A program made the position numbers and the translations under genes. 64,000 bases of DNA. It comes from Clytia hemisphaerica. Its lineage: Eukaryota. Within the stretch, counting starts at the first letter, position 1; every line of letters starts with the position of its first letter. This document shows, one piece after another, positions 1 to 12,565 of this stretch. The DNA lies in contig NW_027103772.1 in the NCBI RefSeq assembly GCF_902728285.1, positions 249,149 through 313,148 of the forward strand. The letters run 5' to 3'. Below the pieces are notes generated by a model. That model was given only the letters and a program-made list of their open reading frames with translations. It searched no databases and was not told the DNA's origin.

Positions 1-1215
1 GGCCGGTGTAAAAAGGGCCGATGAGGTAATGGTTTGGTTTTAGATACAATTCTTAATTAAGGGCTCTGATGACCTTGAAGAATTTTTCATATTTGCCGTG
101 TATGAAATACAGATTTCTGCGGAAAATTTAAGTAGTACAAAATGCAATATATTTTTCGAGTTCAGATTTTTCGTCATATTTTCAAATATAGAAAACTCCG
201 AACGGGAAAAATATATCCTATATTATATTGTACGAGTAAAAGTGTGATAACTATTACATATTGCTCATATTTTATTTTTCATGTTGATGATAAAGGCTAA
301 AATAAGGATATTTAGGAGCAAAATAAGGGGCCTTCTCTTTGACAGCTGAAAATATTCTTGGAAATTAATAAACGGGAGATCCTAATAAGGTCCGGGGTGG
401 GGGGTTGGAAAATTTTCGAGAAAGTAACAAACGGGGAACCCGCTTATTACCAACCTAAGAGTAACCATTTTTAGGCTTCAAAATTAATTTTTAACATCTA
501 AAATTTTTCACACATTGAGCAAAATGACATTTTCAGGAGTTGGAAGGCCTAAGGAAACTTTTGAATCTTTTTTTCGAAAGTTTTATTATGACAATTTCAT
601 TCAAAAAGGCCAATTCCATCAAAAGTTAAAGGGTAGCACAGGAAAAGCCCCAGTTCTGAAGCCTAGTAAGAAAAAAGCCCGGGGGTGCTACCCTTGCCGA
701 TCAAGGGGTTGTGCCGCTGAAGTGGGACTCGTTTGTGACTGAAATTCCGAAATTTTTCCAAATTCAATCAAAAAGGTGCCTTGAGAAGGACGACTTTTTA
801 TTTTGGTGTTTTTGCGACCCTACCTGGGACTCGTAGACCCTAACCAGTGGCACACCCATTGTACGGGATAATAGGGTTGATATAATATCAAAAGGTGTTA
901 ATTCATTTTAATGTTATCGAAAGGATTTCAACTGCACTTTGACCTTTTGAAGGTAGAAATTACTGAAAACGAGCTCAAACTTAAAGACGTGAATAGTGTA
1001 TATGAATAAATATGATTTTGAAACAAAAATTTCGATTTTACATGAAAGTAGCAAGTTATTTAGAAGATCCCATAATAAAAATTATGCAGAGACATTGAAT
1101 CATACAAAATTTGTAAATAAGCGTAAAGTAAAATAAAAATTATGATACAAAACAAAAATCTTATGAAAGTATAGGTACTAGTCGGTGAAGTAGGAAGCTA
1201 ATTTTTAGTTCAAAA

Positions 1216-1407
1216 TCATGCAGACAATTCTTGCAATGCTTCTCTCAGTTTATCTTCACTGGCACCAACAACCTCCTTCATTTTCTCACCATTTGCGTAG
1301 AAGAAGAAGGTTGGCATGGCAGCTATTCCTAATGCTTCTGAAGTTTCAGAGTTTTCATCGACATCGACTTTGATGAACTTGATGGATGGAAATTGAGCAG
1401 CCATAGC
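1216..1407 (-). CDS. TXN: thioredoxin, coding exon 2 (AMAAQFPSIKFIKVDVDE...ELSA*)
   Basis: Acceptor ctttctttag precedes GCTATGGCT. The encoded part aligns to human TXN ...KYSNVIFLEVDVDDCQDVA..MPTFQFFKKGQKV..ANKEKLE. The two exons total 104 aa. Confidence 0.85.
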   Translation of the reverse strand, partial: AMAAQFPSIKFIKVDVDENSETSEALGIAAMPTFFFYANGEKMKEVVGASEDKLREALQELSA

Positions 1408-1614
1408 CTAAAGAAAGAACAATTTTTGAGATAACTTTACTTTTGCTTTTAATCTAGTAATATTAACACACGGTTCTACAGGGTTCTAAGTTTTTCAATG
1501 TAATGTTTTGTCGAACTTAATGATGATGAATAATGTGTAATGACAGAACAAGTCAATGATAAAGCTGTTTTAGCTCCCTTTTTTTCAGCTTCCACTTTCG
1601 AAGCTTCACTCAAA

Positions 1615-1849
1615 TACCGTGAAGTCTGGTAACTTGCATCAGTGGAGGGAAACTTGCATAGCCATCAAATGACTAAACAATCAAAGCAGCAAAATTTCAA
1701 AACAAATAAACTACGCAGCTCTGTTCGCAGCTCTCTACCATTTTTGTTTTGATTTAACTTTGTATTTTGATGACAAGTCAGGTCATTAATTTGAGGGCTA
1801 TGCAAGTTTCCCTCAACTGATACAAGTTACCCGATCTCACTCACGGTAT
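1615..1849. mobile_element. MITE family 2 (TIR TACCGTGA..GGTAACTTGCATCAGTGGAGGGAAACTTGCATAGCC), copy 1
   Basis: A ~50-bp TIR pair. A second copy lies at 36854-37079. Lies in the TXN intron. Confidence 0.65.
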
Positions 1850-2780
1850 CATCATTCCTCCAAAATGATCTAAACGGTTAGGTACACTGAAATGAGTAAA
1901 TCAATTGAGTCTTGAGTGGGAGAGGCCTGGTCTAAAGAAAATGACTTTAAGAAGACATAACTCAGGATTCCGTTGAAATGAATCAAAATTTGTACAATAT
2001 TATATGGAGTAATCTGAAAGTAAATTTTTCAGTAGATTTTTCCATAATACACCGTTTAGGAGTCTCGCTATCTCCACCGTGTTCCACACCGTGAAAACGG
2101 CAGAAAACAAGTTTCCTTACGACGAGAACTGGAATTTTACATATCGTGTTTTTACGCGGGAAAGAGCGGTTGCTAAAATCAAAACAATGGAAAATTGTTT
2201 GGACGCGTGCGCAGTCGACACTCCTAAAAGGTGTATTAAAACAGGTCTTTTTGCTTTGGAAGAAAAGTTGCAAATTCTAGTTGATTTTGAGGTTCTCATT
2301 TTCTCTCATTTACTTTAATTATTAGAAGCTTCTTCAATCTTTGAGGATGGAAGCTTAGTCTATAAAAGTTATTTTTCATTGGAAACAAGTGTTCAAAAAG
2401 CATTTTTTGTGCTCACAATTGTTTTTTCTTCACAAATTTTTGTCTTCAATTTTAAATAGATGAGTGAGTATTTCACTAATGGTTATGATTTGTTCACAGA
2501 ACAGTAAAAATATTTAGAAGTTTCAACTTTTTTACAGAACTTTAAAAAGTCTGTTAGTTCTGAACCAAACAGACACGAGGTAGTAAAGAGACGTGCAGAC
2601 AATGTAGCAAAACTACTTCACTCAATATCGCTTCGTAGAATTTTGAATCTTTCACTTTCTGCCCCTAAAGGCACTAACACTACTTCTTTGTTAAGCTACT
2701 GCCCCAGAAATCTTACAATAAATCTGCCCTCATCTATCTGAAAAATAGGGAAAAAAGTGAATGATGCTGAATATACCGTA

Positions 2781-2989
2781 ACTTGGTCTAATGTCGACAT
2801 CCCTCCTCTAAATTCGACACCCTTTTCTAGAGCTGAAAAATTAAAAAAAGGTCGAAATTATTTAATTTGCTTATGGTAAGGGAGGATAAATCTTTTTTCA
2901 ATCACCGATTCAGACTTTCATTGGTCCTATCTCTAAAGAAGGGTGTCGAAATAGAAGACGGATGTCGAGGCAGGAGATAAGACCAACTT
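2781..2989. mobile_element. MITE family 1 (TIR ACTTGGTCTAATGTCGACATCCCTCCTC), copy 1
   Basis: A ~50-bp TIR pair. A second copy of the same family lies at 36592-36797. Lies in the TXN intron. Confidence 0.65.
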
Positions 2990-3111
2990 ACAGTAACATA
3001 CAGGAATGGGCTGTCATTTGACTTTCCACTCAATTCTAACGACAACATTCGCAAATTTCTTGAGTCAAAATGCAATGGAACAAAGCTTAAAAAATCATCA
3101 AACATTTCTAC

Positions 3112-3234
3112 CTCAAATTTTGGTCCAATCATTTTGCAAGGTCCACACCATGATGCAGTGAAGTCAACAGCCACGAGTGTGTTGTTGCTCAAAGTGCTAT
3201 CAAACTCAGTTTTGGTTTTGACAAGGGTAACCAT
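3112..3234 (-). CDS. TXN: thioredoxin, coding exon 1 (Met..KFE; WCGPCK active site)
   Basis: ORF 2902-3234(-) begins MVTLVKTKTEFDSTLSNNTLVAVDFTASWCGPCKMIGPKFE, followed by a GTAGAA donor after GAG. Kozak-like atcATGG. Confidence 0.85.
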
Positions 3235-3540
3235 GATGACTGTTGTTCTTGAAAGGTATCTTTTTTCCTAAAACTGCTGGTGGATGTGAACTGTGAACGT
3301 GAAGCTTCGAAGCTTTTGTTTTGTAAAGGAAAGATTTCGCCGGAGGCGGGATTTTGTATTTGGTACACTAGCCTGTTAAACTCAAAAGACTTATTTTCCG
3401 CGCAAAATTTGAGAGTTCTTATTGATTAATTTTAAAAGTTCTATTCAGCACAGCCAATCAAATTCTTTAAAATGGGCGCGTGAATCATCCACTGAATCAT
3501 ACAGATAGAGGCTAGTCATTGCAACACGAAAACAAACAAA
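3235..3540. promoter_or_regulatory. putative bidirectional promoter between divergent TXN (-) and TBL2-like (+) start codons
   Basis: Start codons lie 306 bp apart on opposite strands. Contains CCAAT box (cagCCAATca ~3452), GC box (gaGGCGGGat ~3343) and a palindromic gaagcttcgaagctt. Confidence 0.5.
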
Positions 3541-3868
3541 ATGGCGGACGAAGCAGCAATATTTGTCGCAATTGCTCTTGGATTACTCTTTTTTGTCATT
3601 CCTTTATACCTGTTGACATTCAGAAAGAAAGAAGAAGATGAACCGCAAGCTGAAGTCAAGAAAGAGGAAGTCAAGAAAACTGAACCAAACACTTCAAATA
3701 GTCAAAAGAAGCTTAGAAACCCTGTGTCAAAAAAGAAAGTACAGCAAAACTTAAATGATAACGGAATCAATCATCCTTATCTAATATCATCACTAAAAGG
3801 ACATACTGGACCAATCACATCTCTTGATTTCAGTGACAATGGAAAGCTCTTAGCTTCTTCCTCAGAAG
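3541..3868 (+). CDS. TBL2: TBL2-like (transducin beta-like 2) exon 1; N-terminal TM helix plus start of WD40
   Basis: MADEAAIFVAIALGLLFFVIPLYLL...LKGHTGPITSLDFSDNGKLLASSSE. Matches human TBL2 N-terminus organisation (TM, basic linker, HSGNISCMDFSSNGKYLATCADD). Exon probably ends at a GC donor (GAAG|gctagt). Confidence 0.75.
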
Positions 3869-3909
3869 GCTAGTTGATTTATTTATTTTAAGGGCATCTT
3901 ATCAAAAAT

Positions 3910-4372
3910 AGTTCGTTTGAGGGCAGTCTAGGTGGCAATCACAAATATCTTCATTTCGCGTCCTCGTTGGGTCTAATAAGTGAGTCGGTCGGTCGGTCGG
4001 TCGTAAAAATTTTCGGGTTTCCATTTTTCCATTCTTTTTTGGAGTGCATTCATGGAGGAAACTGCCAGCCAGCCAGCAGCCAAAACAACCACGTGTAATG
4101 GGTGGTTTAAAATTATGACCTTTGAACACTGTGACCTCCGACCCCAAAATGGCGCATGTAATGATAAACAAAGTCAAAATGCTGCGAATGCGCTAGAAAT
4201 CGCTCGCAAAAAATCGGCAATAATAAAATTTTTGAACGAAGGAAAGGTCATTGACATAAAAAGTCCGACAAATTTACCGACTCACCGACTCAATTCTACT
4301 CAATTTTCGAGAGTCGGTCGGGCGACGCGAAACGAAGATATTTGTGATTGCCGCCCTAAGGCGACTTAAAAA
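3910..4372. mobile_element. MITE (~460 bp) with TIR ggcaatcacaaatatcttc(a/g)tttcgcgtc, lying 42 bp downstream of the TBL2 exon-1 donor
   Basis: 3925-3975 pairs with 4310-4365 in inverted orientation. Contains a (GGTC)n tract. Confidence 0.55.
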
Positions 4373-4514
4373 ACTCCTACTATATCAGGATTAGAAACTA
4401 GGCTAATAGTCCTACCTCTTTTATCTTTCCCTTTGCTACAATACAATATTGACAAGCACCACATCAGATATTTTTTGTCAAGATCAGTTCCTTTGCTTCT
4501 TCAGCAGAACACCC

Positions 4515-5775
4515 GCAATTGAACTCACGACCCTCGACATGGCCCAAGAATTCTCGGGCCAAAACTTTTATTGGAATTCGCGTAAAGCCCGAGTATGGCC
4601 ACGCACGGGCCACACTCGGGCCAATTTTTGAAAACATGATTTAAACAGCAGTTAGGGAAACCATCCAGGATCCTGCCATTCTATAAGCCAGAAAAAACTA
4701 AATGACACTTGTAAACTTAAGTTTCTTACTATTTTCTATCAAAAACAACCAAAAGCATTGCTACTTCCCAAAGCTGGAGACCAAAACAAATTATCTTCCA
4801 AGATTATGGCGCCCTTTTAGATCTATTGTTATGGCCATCTAAAATGGTGGAAAGAGTTGCGGAAAGACAGGGGCGCCCGCTGGCTTCGAGGATGGTGACG
4901 CCAAAACGCCCAATACGATCTTCCAACAAAAGGCGAGTTATTTACCGCGCGAGTCATACACTCCACCGCAGCACATAACGAACGGTGTTTCAGTGAATAT
5001 CAATAATTATAAGAATATCTTATGTGCTTAAATTCAGTAAACTTTGAGTTCTTTATTGAAGATTAAGAAGATAAGAAGATAAAAAATGCGCTGGATAATT
5101 TTCATTGTAACAGTTTGGTCAATCATAGCTGAAAGTTTGAAAAAGTTTTTCCGACGCGAAAGAAAAATTTCAGCCAATTAAAAGCACAGTGTGCTTATAT
5201 TTACTATGTTTGCTACATCGTCTAGGCTAAAAAAAGTGCGAAAAGACACGAACGTCATTTTTTAATGAGTGTTGTTATGATTTTTTAGATCACGGTTGTG
5301 TACAGGAACTCGCCAAATGTTCCTAACTGAACAGGCGTGTAATTTCAGGACTGAATTTTTTTAACATTTTTTTTGAGAAAAACTTGGTTTCTCTTAATTA
5401 TATTAAATATATGAATGTTGTAAATTCATATAAATATTAAATGTCTTATTTGGTATGAAAACATAGTTATAAATATACTTAGGGTGGAAATATTTGCTAG
5501 TAAACTGGTCCTGGTTTTAAACTGAAGCGTGTCCACGGGAAGCTCGTAAAGTTTTTTTGAGCGATATAAACAAAACAGACAAATCTTATTTTGTACTATT
5601 TTGTTTGACTGGACATGCTGAATCAATTTAACATTTAACATGGCCCGAACATGGCCCGAATGACTCGGGTCATGTTCGGGCCAAAATAATTGATGGGGTC
5701 TCTCGGCCCGAACATTACCCGAAGAGGCCCGAGAATTCTCGGGCCATGTCGAGGGTCGTTTGAACTCCCTCATGG
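4515..5775. mobile_element. ~1.25-kb TIR element with ~40-bp TIRs (..ACTCACGACCCTCGACATGGCCCAAGAATTCTCGGGCC)
   Basis: 4522-4565 is the reverse complement of 5728-5772. No ORF. Lies in TBL2 intron 1. Confidence 0.65.
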
Positions 5776-7087
5776 ATGGAAAAACTTTTATCTGTAAATA
5801 ATTTTCTCAATCGCATTTCTCAAACAAACAGCCCTTCTTTTTGACACCCGTGGCCTCTCAGTGCCTTGCACAGCAGGGAGCTGTAAAATCTCACCTTTCA
5901 TATATATTTTTCAATCTACAATCCTATATAAGGCTTAGGTTTTTTGGTGAAATGCCGTCCCATGTTTTGTCAGATAGTTCCAAGTTCGAGCAGTTGACGG
6001 TACTTTTTAAGCTGTTGAAAATATATTTGTGTATAAATTACATGAAAATATGCTCACATAATCCCATTGGTTCGCGCCATGATATCATTACCTCATATTT
6101 TCATTGTTTGCGCGATCGAGCGAACCACATCGCACTAGTGGGCAAAGAAGGTGGTAAGGCTAAAGCACGACACGGACCTAGCGCCAAGTGGAGCTTTTAA
6201 TTTCTTTTTAAATAAAGGTCATTAGTTAAAAGAACACATACACGGCATGGGTACAACCATGTACAGACTTTGCAACCAGTTCCATCAAACAATATGCCAA
6301 AAAATATTTGTTCAACCACCTTCACTTCAAGATAGGCCACCATAGAATGAACTTCCTTTTATATGATGAACCATATTCATGTGGCTTTCAGCCTTGCACT
6401 CCATCGCAGAGGCTAATCAATTTTAATGATGACTTTTTTGACTAATGGCCAAGTTAAAATATTTTAATTTTTTTATATTTGAGTATTAAAAAGGCATGCA
6501 TTCAAATAATAAAGGTTTAACATTTTTCTCTGGGCTAGTCAGTAAAATATTTCAAATAGGCTCTGTTTCACTAATGTTTATCATCAAATTTTTACCAATA
6601 AAATTCTATCAATAAGTCTTTGTTTTGGATCAAAAGCCTTTTTTTAATTTAAATGTTATATATGTTTTATATATCCCATTCTTTATATGTCAAAACAAAA
6701 AAGCATGAATCAACATTAGAAAAAAGATTTGAAATGATGAAATATATTGAAAGCACATTTCTCACACAAAGGAACATCATCTATTATATTAATAGCTGTG
6801 CTCTGTATGCTGTGTGTCACCACTTTCCTTTTCTCAAGCAATGTTTTGTTTTCTCTTTGTTATCATTGCATTAAAAAAGTGGCTTTAATTATCTAACTCA
6901 GCAACACCGATTCTGCCGCTTCTTTTTACCCCTGAATATTATCTTTAATTGTTAATTCAATATTATCGATTAATGAAAAGGAGATCAGGAAGGTTACATA
7001 ATGGAAAATTGGGGGAATATGACAGCCAAAAATCTTCAATTATGTCTATTTTCAATACTGTAATTTTGTGAAAGTTACTGCAATGAC

Positions 7088-8289
7088 CAGGGGGGGGGGT
7101 CGGTACTAAAATTCAAGATATATATGAGTACTAAAAGGTTTTTTGATGATATTTGACATACCCCCACCTAATTTTTGAAAAAGGAATTTTAATACACATG
7201 TACTAAATTTTTTTTGACATTTTAGCATAGCCTAAATTAGGCTTATTTTGGAATTCGTTTCAGAGAATGGGTCTTCAAACAAAATGCCAACTCTGTTTAT
7301 TTAAGCTGTCAGTGAACCTGATCTATGTCTCTCTATTCTAGATAAAGACTCAGAAACAGTCAAGACACTTTTCTCTGCTCTACTTTAGTCATTGCAAAGA
7401 TTGATTTGTTATTTTTCACCTCTAATTTACAGCTTGCTATTTCTTTTCTATCTAATTATCCATGGTTCTTTACAAAAACAAAGCATTCAACTTCGAAAAC
7501 ATTTTTTATTCCATAGTATATAAAAGCAGAACAGCCCGGTGGAATATTTTTCTCAGTTGGGATAAAAATTCCTATTGAAATGCTAATTGGGATAGAAATT
7601 AAATTGATAAAAATCTATGTTTCCAAAGTTACAATGTATAACAATTTGCCCTCCCGGTTATTACCATAATGGCTTTATGGCAACTCCTGAACTTGGGCAC
7701 AGGATGTAAGGTTACACATTTTGTGGATTGCATTGTGGAGTCACAAGAGTGCTCAAACTGCAGCGAGCAATGCATAATGCAAATAGTGAGCGTCTTAAAT
7801 GAAGACTCTCCACCCAATCCAAGAGTGCTCAAACTACAAAAGCAGTGAGCCAATATACAATGTATAACAATGGTGCCCTCCCGGTTATTACCATAATGGC
7901 TTTTCCAAAGTTAAAAAACCCAGTGGGGATGGTTTTGGAGTGCAATTTTTAAACATGGAATTTCATAGTGGGGCTGAAATTCAAGCGTATCTTCCCACCG
8001 GGGACGAAATTTTTGCTTAATTTGTGACACCAGGGTGTTTAAAGTCTTATATAGAAAGTTTTTATTTTTTTTCATTTTACCTAAAATGCTCGGTCAATAG
8101 TTAAATTTCCTAAAATTTGGTGATTTTTAGTACTCATGTACTAAAAATTTTCTTAAATTTCTTAAGACCCCACCTAATTTGGGATTTTAGTACACATGGT
8201 ACTAAAATGTTTTAAGGCTTCTTTTGTAATACCACCACGTCACTAAAAGTCATGATGTCTGAAATTTTAGCACCGACCCCCCCCCCCCT
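7088..8289. mobile_element. hAT-like non-autonomous element with poly-G TIRs (CAGGGGGGGGGGTCGGTACTAAAA / inverted) and 8-bp TSD GCAATGAC
   Basis: Terminal inverted repeats at 7088-7115 and 8262-8289. GCAATGAC is duplicated at 7080-7087 and 8290-8297. Has internal tandem duplication. Lies in TBL2 intron 1. Confidence 0.7.
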
Positions 8290-8816
8290 GCAATGACTTC
8301 TTCTCAAAAATGCTAATAGTATAATATCCACGCTTTCGTTTTCAACTGATCTACACTATAAAAGCTCTAAAAGCCCAAATTTTAAAAATTTGAAAAGACC
8401 ATCCTGCAGCTAATAGAAAACCATGCTTTTAGCTTAACTTGGTTCAATACTGCCATCCCGCATCTCATTCTGATACCCTTCTTTAGAGATAAAGTCAGGC
8501 AGCTGGGGTCACACAAAAAAGCGCTTTACTTACAAAGTTTGCGAACAAACTTCTGTTGGTTGTATTGAATAAATATGGACAACCGGACACTTTGAAATTA
8601 TTTACCAGGGGCGTCCGGGAACAATCGTGTTTTTGATGACGTCACCAGCAAAATAAAAATTTTATGAAAGAAAATATGAACATATTATACACCAATCGAT
8701 AATCAACGCGGATTTTGACATAGATTAAGAAAAAGGTCAGGATCAACATTTGAAAATTTGCTTACAAAAAGTTATAACGGTTTGTAATTTTGATGACGTC
8801 ACAATTACCCTTTTTT

Positions 8817-9362
8817 GGACCTACCCCGGTGGGGTGGAGGTCCTATAAATTCACCTCTGTCCGTCCGTCCGTTTGTCCGTTCGTTACCAACTTTTCTCGA
8901 GATTGGCTCATAAGTTTTTTCTGATTTTTTGCATAAAGTTTCAGCTAAAAAACGGCTTAAAAAAGGTTTTTTGGATTTTTGAAATATTGAATCATTGTGA
9001 TTTTTTGCATGAAAGTAGGTAAAAGATGGCTCAAGCAGATTTTTGTAAAAAAAGAATTTTTCCGCTCAAAAAACGCATCTTTATCTATAAGAATCACTAC
9101 TAATAAGCATACATCAATGTTCTTAGCCAAATTACTGAATTTTTTGATGAGATATGTTTTTTTTTGCTCACAAAGTCTTGAATATGAAATAATATTTTAA
9201 GAGCATGAAATTTTGGTTTCTAAATGTTTTTTTATAAGAAATAAACGACTAATTTTAATAGATCGTCACTATTTGTGTTCTAATGATTGTTTAATGGCCA
9301 CGCTCACGTAGATATCAATTATATATGTGTTAAATGCATAACCAGGTAGGTCCATAAAAGTA
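8817..9362. mobile_element. TIR element with GGACCTACC(Y)GG / CCAGGTAGGTCC termini, copy 1
   Basis: Shares 5' (ggacctacc..ggaggtcctataaatt) and 3' (taagaaa.aaacgactaattttaatagatcgtcact...ataaccaggtaggtcc) modules with 9565-10478. Confidence 0.55.
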
Positions 9363-9564
9363 TCACTTGTTCAGAATCGATTTTCTCGAGTAAAGTTGAG
9401 AAATCGTATACATCTACTTAAAAGTCTTCTATATTGATTTTTGAGAGCTTTCGAATGGTGGTATTGGGTTTTCATTTTGAAGAGTTTGGATTTTCAGATT
9501 TTTAGCTTCTCGAACCAGGTAAAAGTGATGTTGCGGTCGTTACAGAAACCTTTGTAACTTTTTG

Positions 9565-10478
9565 GACCTACCTGGAGGTCCTATAAATTAACCTTTGTTC
9601 GTTCGTCCCTCTGTCCGTCTGTTACCAGCTTTTCTCGAGATTGGCTCATTAGTTTTTTCTGATTTTTGGCACAAAGATGCAAAATGGCAATGCCCAAAAT
9701 GTGACGGAGCCTGATTTTCGAGAAAAAAAAATTTTCCGGTCGCAAATGCCGGAAATATACCGGAAAAACCGTTTTTTTGACATTTTCTCGAGATTTCATC
9801 ATTAGTTTTTTCTGATTTTTTGCTTAAAGATGCGTATTAACAATGCCCAAAACATGGCCGAGTCCAATTTTTGAAAAAAAATTTTTTCGGCCGAATATGC
9901 CGGAAATCACCGTTTTTCTAGATTTTCATTAGACTTTTTCCTTATGATTGGTTGTTTTTTCATTCAAAAACATTTTTAATAGCAATGCCCACCATCAAGC
10001 ATGTTTCAATTTTCAATGAAATTGACTTTTGAAGCCGGAACTCTTAAAAAATCGCCGGAACAACCTATTTTCGCCGGAAAGACAGTATTTCTTGAATTTC
10101 TCAAGCTGTACTTTATATTTTTTTATGAAATTTCGCACACTGATGCAAAATGACAATACCTAAAATGTGACGGAGCCCAATTTTCGTAAAACATTTTTTT
10201 CTGGCCGAAAATACCGGAAATATGCCGGAAATCGCTGTTTTTGCAGATTTTCATTGGGCTTTTTCCTTATATTTCTTTGTTTTTTCTCAAAAAAAAAACA
10301 TCATTGATACCATCAATCATGATTCGATTGTCAATAAAACTGATTTTTTTATAAGAAACAAACGACTAATTTTAATAGATCGTCACTGTTTTTGTTCTGA
10401 ATGGTTTAATGGTCACACTCACGTAGATATTAATTATGTGTTTAATGCATAACCAGGTAGGTCCATAAAAGTATCACT
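9565..10478. mobile_element. same TIR element, copy 2, expanded by an internal ~170-bp tandem array
   Basis: Same termini as copy 1. Interior 9600-10290 holds about 4 tandem units (...gatgcaaaatggcaatgcccaaaatgtgacggagcc...gccggaaata...). Confidence 0.55.
9600..10290. repeat. ~170-bp tandem repeat array (about 4 units) inside the TIR element 9565-10478
   Basis: Repeated blocks ..ctgatttttggcacaaagatgcaaaatggcaatgcccaaaatgtgacggagcc..ccggaaata.. Confidence 0.7.
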
Positions 10479-11256
10479 TGTTATAGAGAAATTCTCACCT
10501 ATGGTTACTGACCTTTTTCTTAATCTACGTTTGGAGACGCTTCTTTTGGTATATAATATGATCATGTTTGCTAACAGAGATCTTTTAGTTAGTTCAGGCC
10601 TATTTGAGTTGATAAATTGGTAAAAATAAAATAAGTTGAAAATCTGGTGATTGTTGAGAGCCCAAAATAGCCCAAAATAAAGAATACAGTTTCAAAATAG
10701 ATGAAAAATATAAGATATATAATTATTTTGAGTTTAGGATCCTCATACCCCAAAATCAAATAAACCAGAAGACTGCAAAATCTCAAAAATGTAGGCCTGC
10801 CGAAGCAGGTAGAATCAATAACCTAAAATCCATATGAATTTTCTAGTTCCAGAACAAATTTATTTCTATCTAATTCAAATTAAAAAAATGTGCCCAAATT
10901 TCATCCAAAAATTTGAACCTTATTATAAGGACAACACCAATTATTTAGTAAAAGCTTTCCTCGTTATTGGTTCATGGTATTTTTTTATTATTAGTTTTGA
11001 TTTCCATTGAAGAATAATTATATTCTGGCTTTCATGTTACTAATTTTTAGCACAAATAAGTAATAGTTATCACAAGGCACAGAGTACAATATGAGATATA
11101 TTTTTCGAGTTCAGAATTTTTGTCATATTCAATCAGATAGCTTATATTTTTCATGTTGATGATAAAGGGTTAAGATTGTGGTTGTAATTTTTAATAAATC
11201 AAACTTTTTTGGTTAATAACCAGGTAGGTCGATTGAAATATAAATTTATTTTATAG

Positions 11257-11308
11257 ATAGAACCGTACGATTATGGAATGTGAAAGATTTCAGAGAAAAA
11301 GATCATAA
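11257..11308 (+). CDS. TBL2: TBL2-like exon 2 (DRTVRLWNVKDFREKDHK)
   Basis: Acceptor ttttatag and donor AA|gtgagt. Aligns to human DRTIRIWSTKDFLQREHR. Confidence 0.8.
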
Positions 11309-11629
11309 GTGAGTATATAGAATTTTTTTTGTAGAAGAAGTAAGTATAATTCATTCATGAATTCTTGTTAAATTCAAAATTATCTTTGTTATTTTAATTT
11401 AATGGAGTACATATACATTTATAAGTGTCACAACTTTTGGGAGCTTAAAAATTCAATATTTTTAAGGAAATGGAAAAAGCCTATCGCAGAAGGGATTTTT
11501 GACGAGTTATTACAGTATATGATATACTGTACAGTCCACTATCTCTAATTCGAACCTCTATTATTTGAGTTATTCTAACTATACTGGTCTCCTGAGCTGA
11601 AAAGCGTCAATCGTCTATTTTTCAAACAG

Positions 11630-11692
11630 GTATGGTCGAGGTAATGTGGAATTTGATCTTGCGTCAGATGTGGCATTTAGTCCAGATTCAAG
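11630..11692 (+). CDS. TBL2: TBL2-like exon 3 (YGRGNVEFDLASDVAFSPDSR)
   Basis: Acceptor ttcaaacag and donor AG|gtacaa. Aligns to human SMRANVELDHATLVRFSPDCR. Confidence 0.8.
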
Positions 11693-12347
11693 GTACAATT
11701 TCTTTTTTTTAATTTTCTGTATACTGTGTCCCAGAAAAAAGTGGACAACTTTTTATATAAAGTAAAATCCTCAAAACTCATCATCTAAACTGAGCTTAGA
11801 ATAATTAAAATGTGATTATAATTCTCTGTTCAATTCTAATAGATATTCAATCCCCAAGATGACTTTGCTTTTGAGATTGAAATAATATGTATAGAAATTT
11901 TGAGGATTCTACTTCATATAAAAAACATTAATTAGTTAAATTTTCTTTTCGGGACACACTGTCTTGTAATTCGTGATTTTGAAATCAAGAAATCAAGCCC
12001 CACTTTCGATATCAACAAAATCCTGTTTTAAATTTATTCATTTATTGTTTTATAGATTTGTAATTTGTAATTGTTCATATAAATGTAAAGAAAAAGTCAT
12101 TCTCTTGTCTTTTAAACTGACTACTTAACTGACTACTACTGTCAACTCACTCTAATTCGAACCTCTATTATTCGAATCTTTCTTTAATTCGAACTAAAAC
12201 ATTGGTCCCTTCAGCTAGAAAGTGGTTTCTCTGTAATTCGAATTTTTCTCTAATTCGAAGGAAATTTAGATTTTGGTCCCATGAAGATCGGATTAGAGAG
12301 AGAGAGAGAGAGTCAACTGTATTTTCTTTCTTTCTTTTTCTTTTCAG

Positions 12348-12565
12348 AGCCTTTGTGGCATCGCTCGCAAACGAACAAAAAATACGAGTCTTTAAAATAC
12401 ACAAAGAGAAAAAGGAGACTGGAAGCACAACTATGAGTATTTCTCCAGAATTTGATTTCGATAAAATCCACAAATCAGCAATTATTTCAGTGGGTATTTC
12501 ATCGACGGGAAAGTATATTATGACAGCCGATAAAGGAACACAAATTATCATCTGGTCTATCAAAG
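12348..12565 (+). CDS. TBL2: TBL2-like exon 4 (AFVASLANEQKIRVFK...IIIWSIKG)
   Basis: Acceptor cttttcag and donor G|gtattt. Strong match to human AFIVWLANGDTLRVFKM...TGKFIMTASSDTTVLIWSLKG. Confidence 0.85.

Noticed and set aside
515-742. 75-aa ORF at the window start
   Set aside because: No splice context or homology. Lies in repeat-rich DNA similar to 11040-11180.
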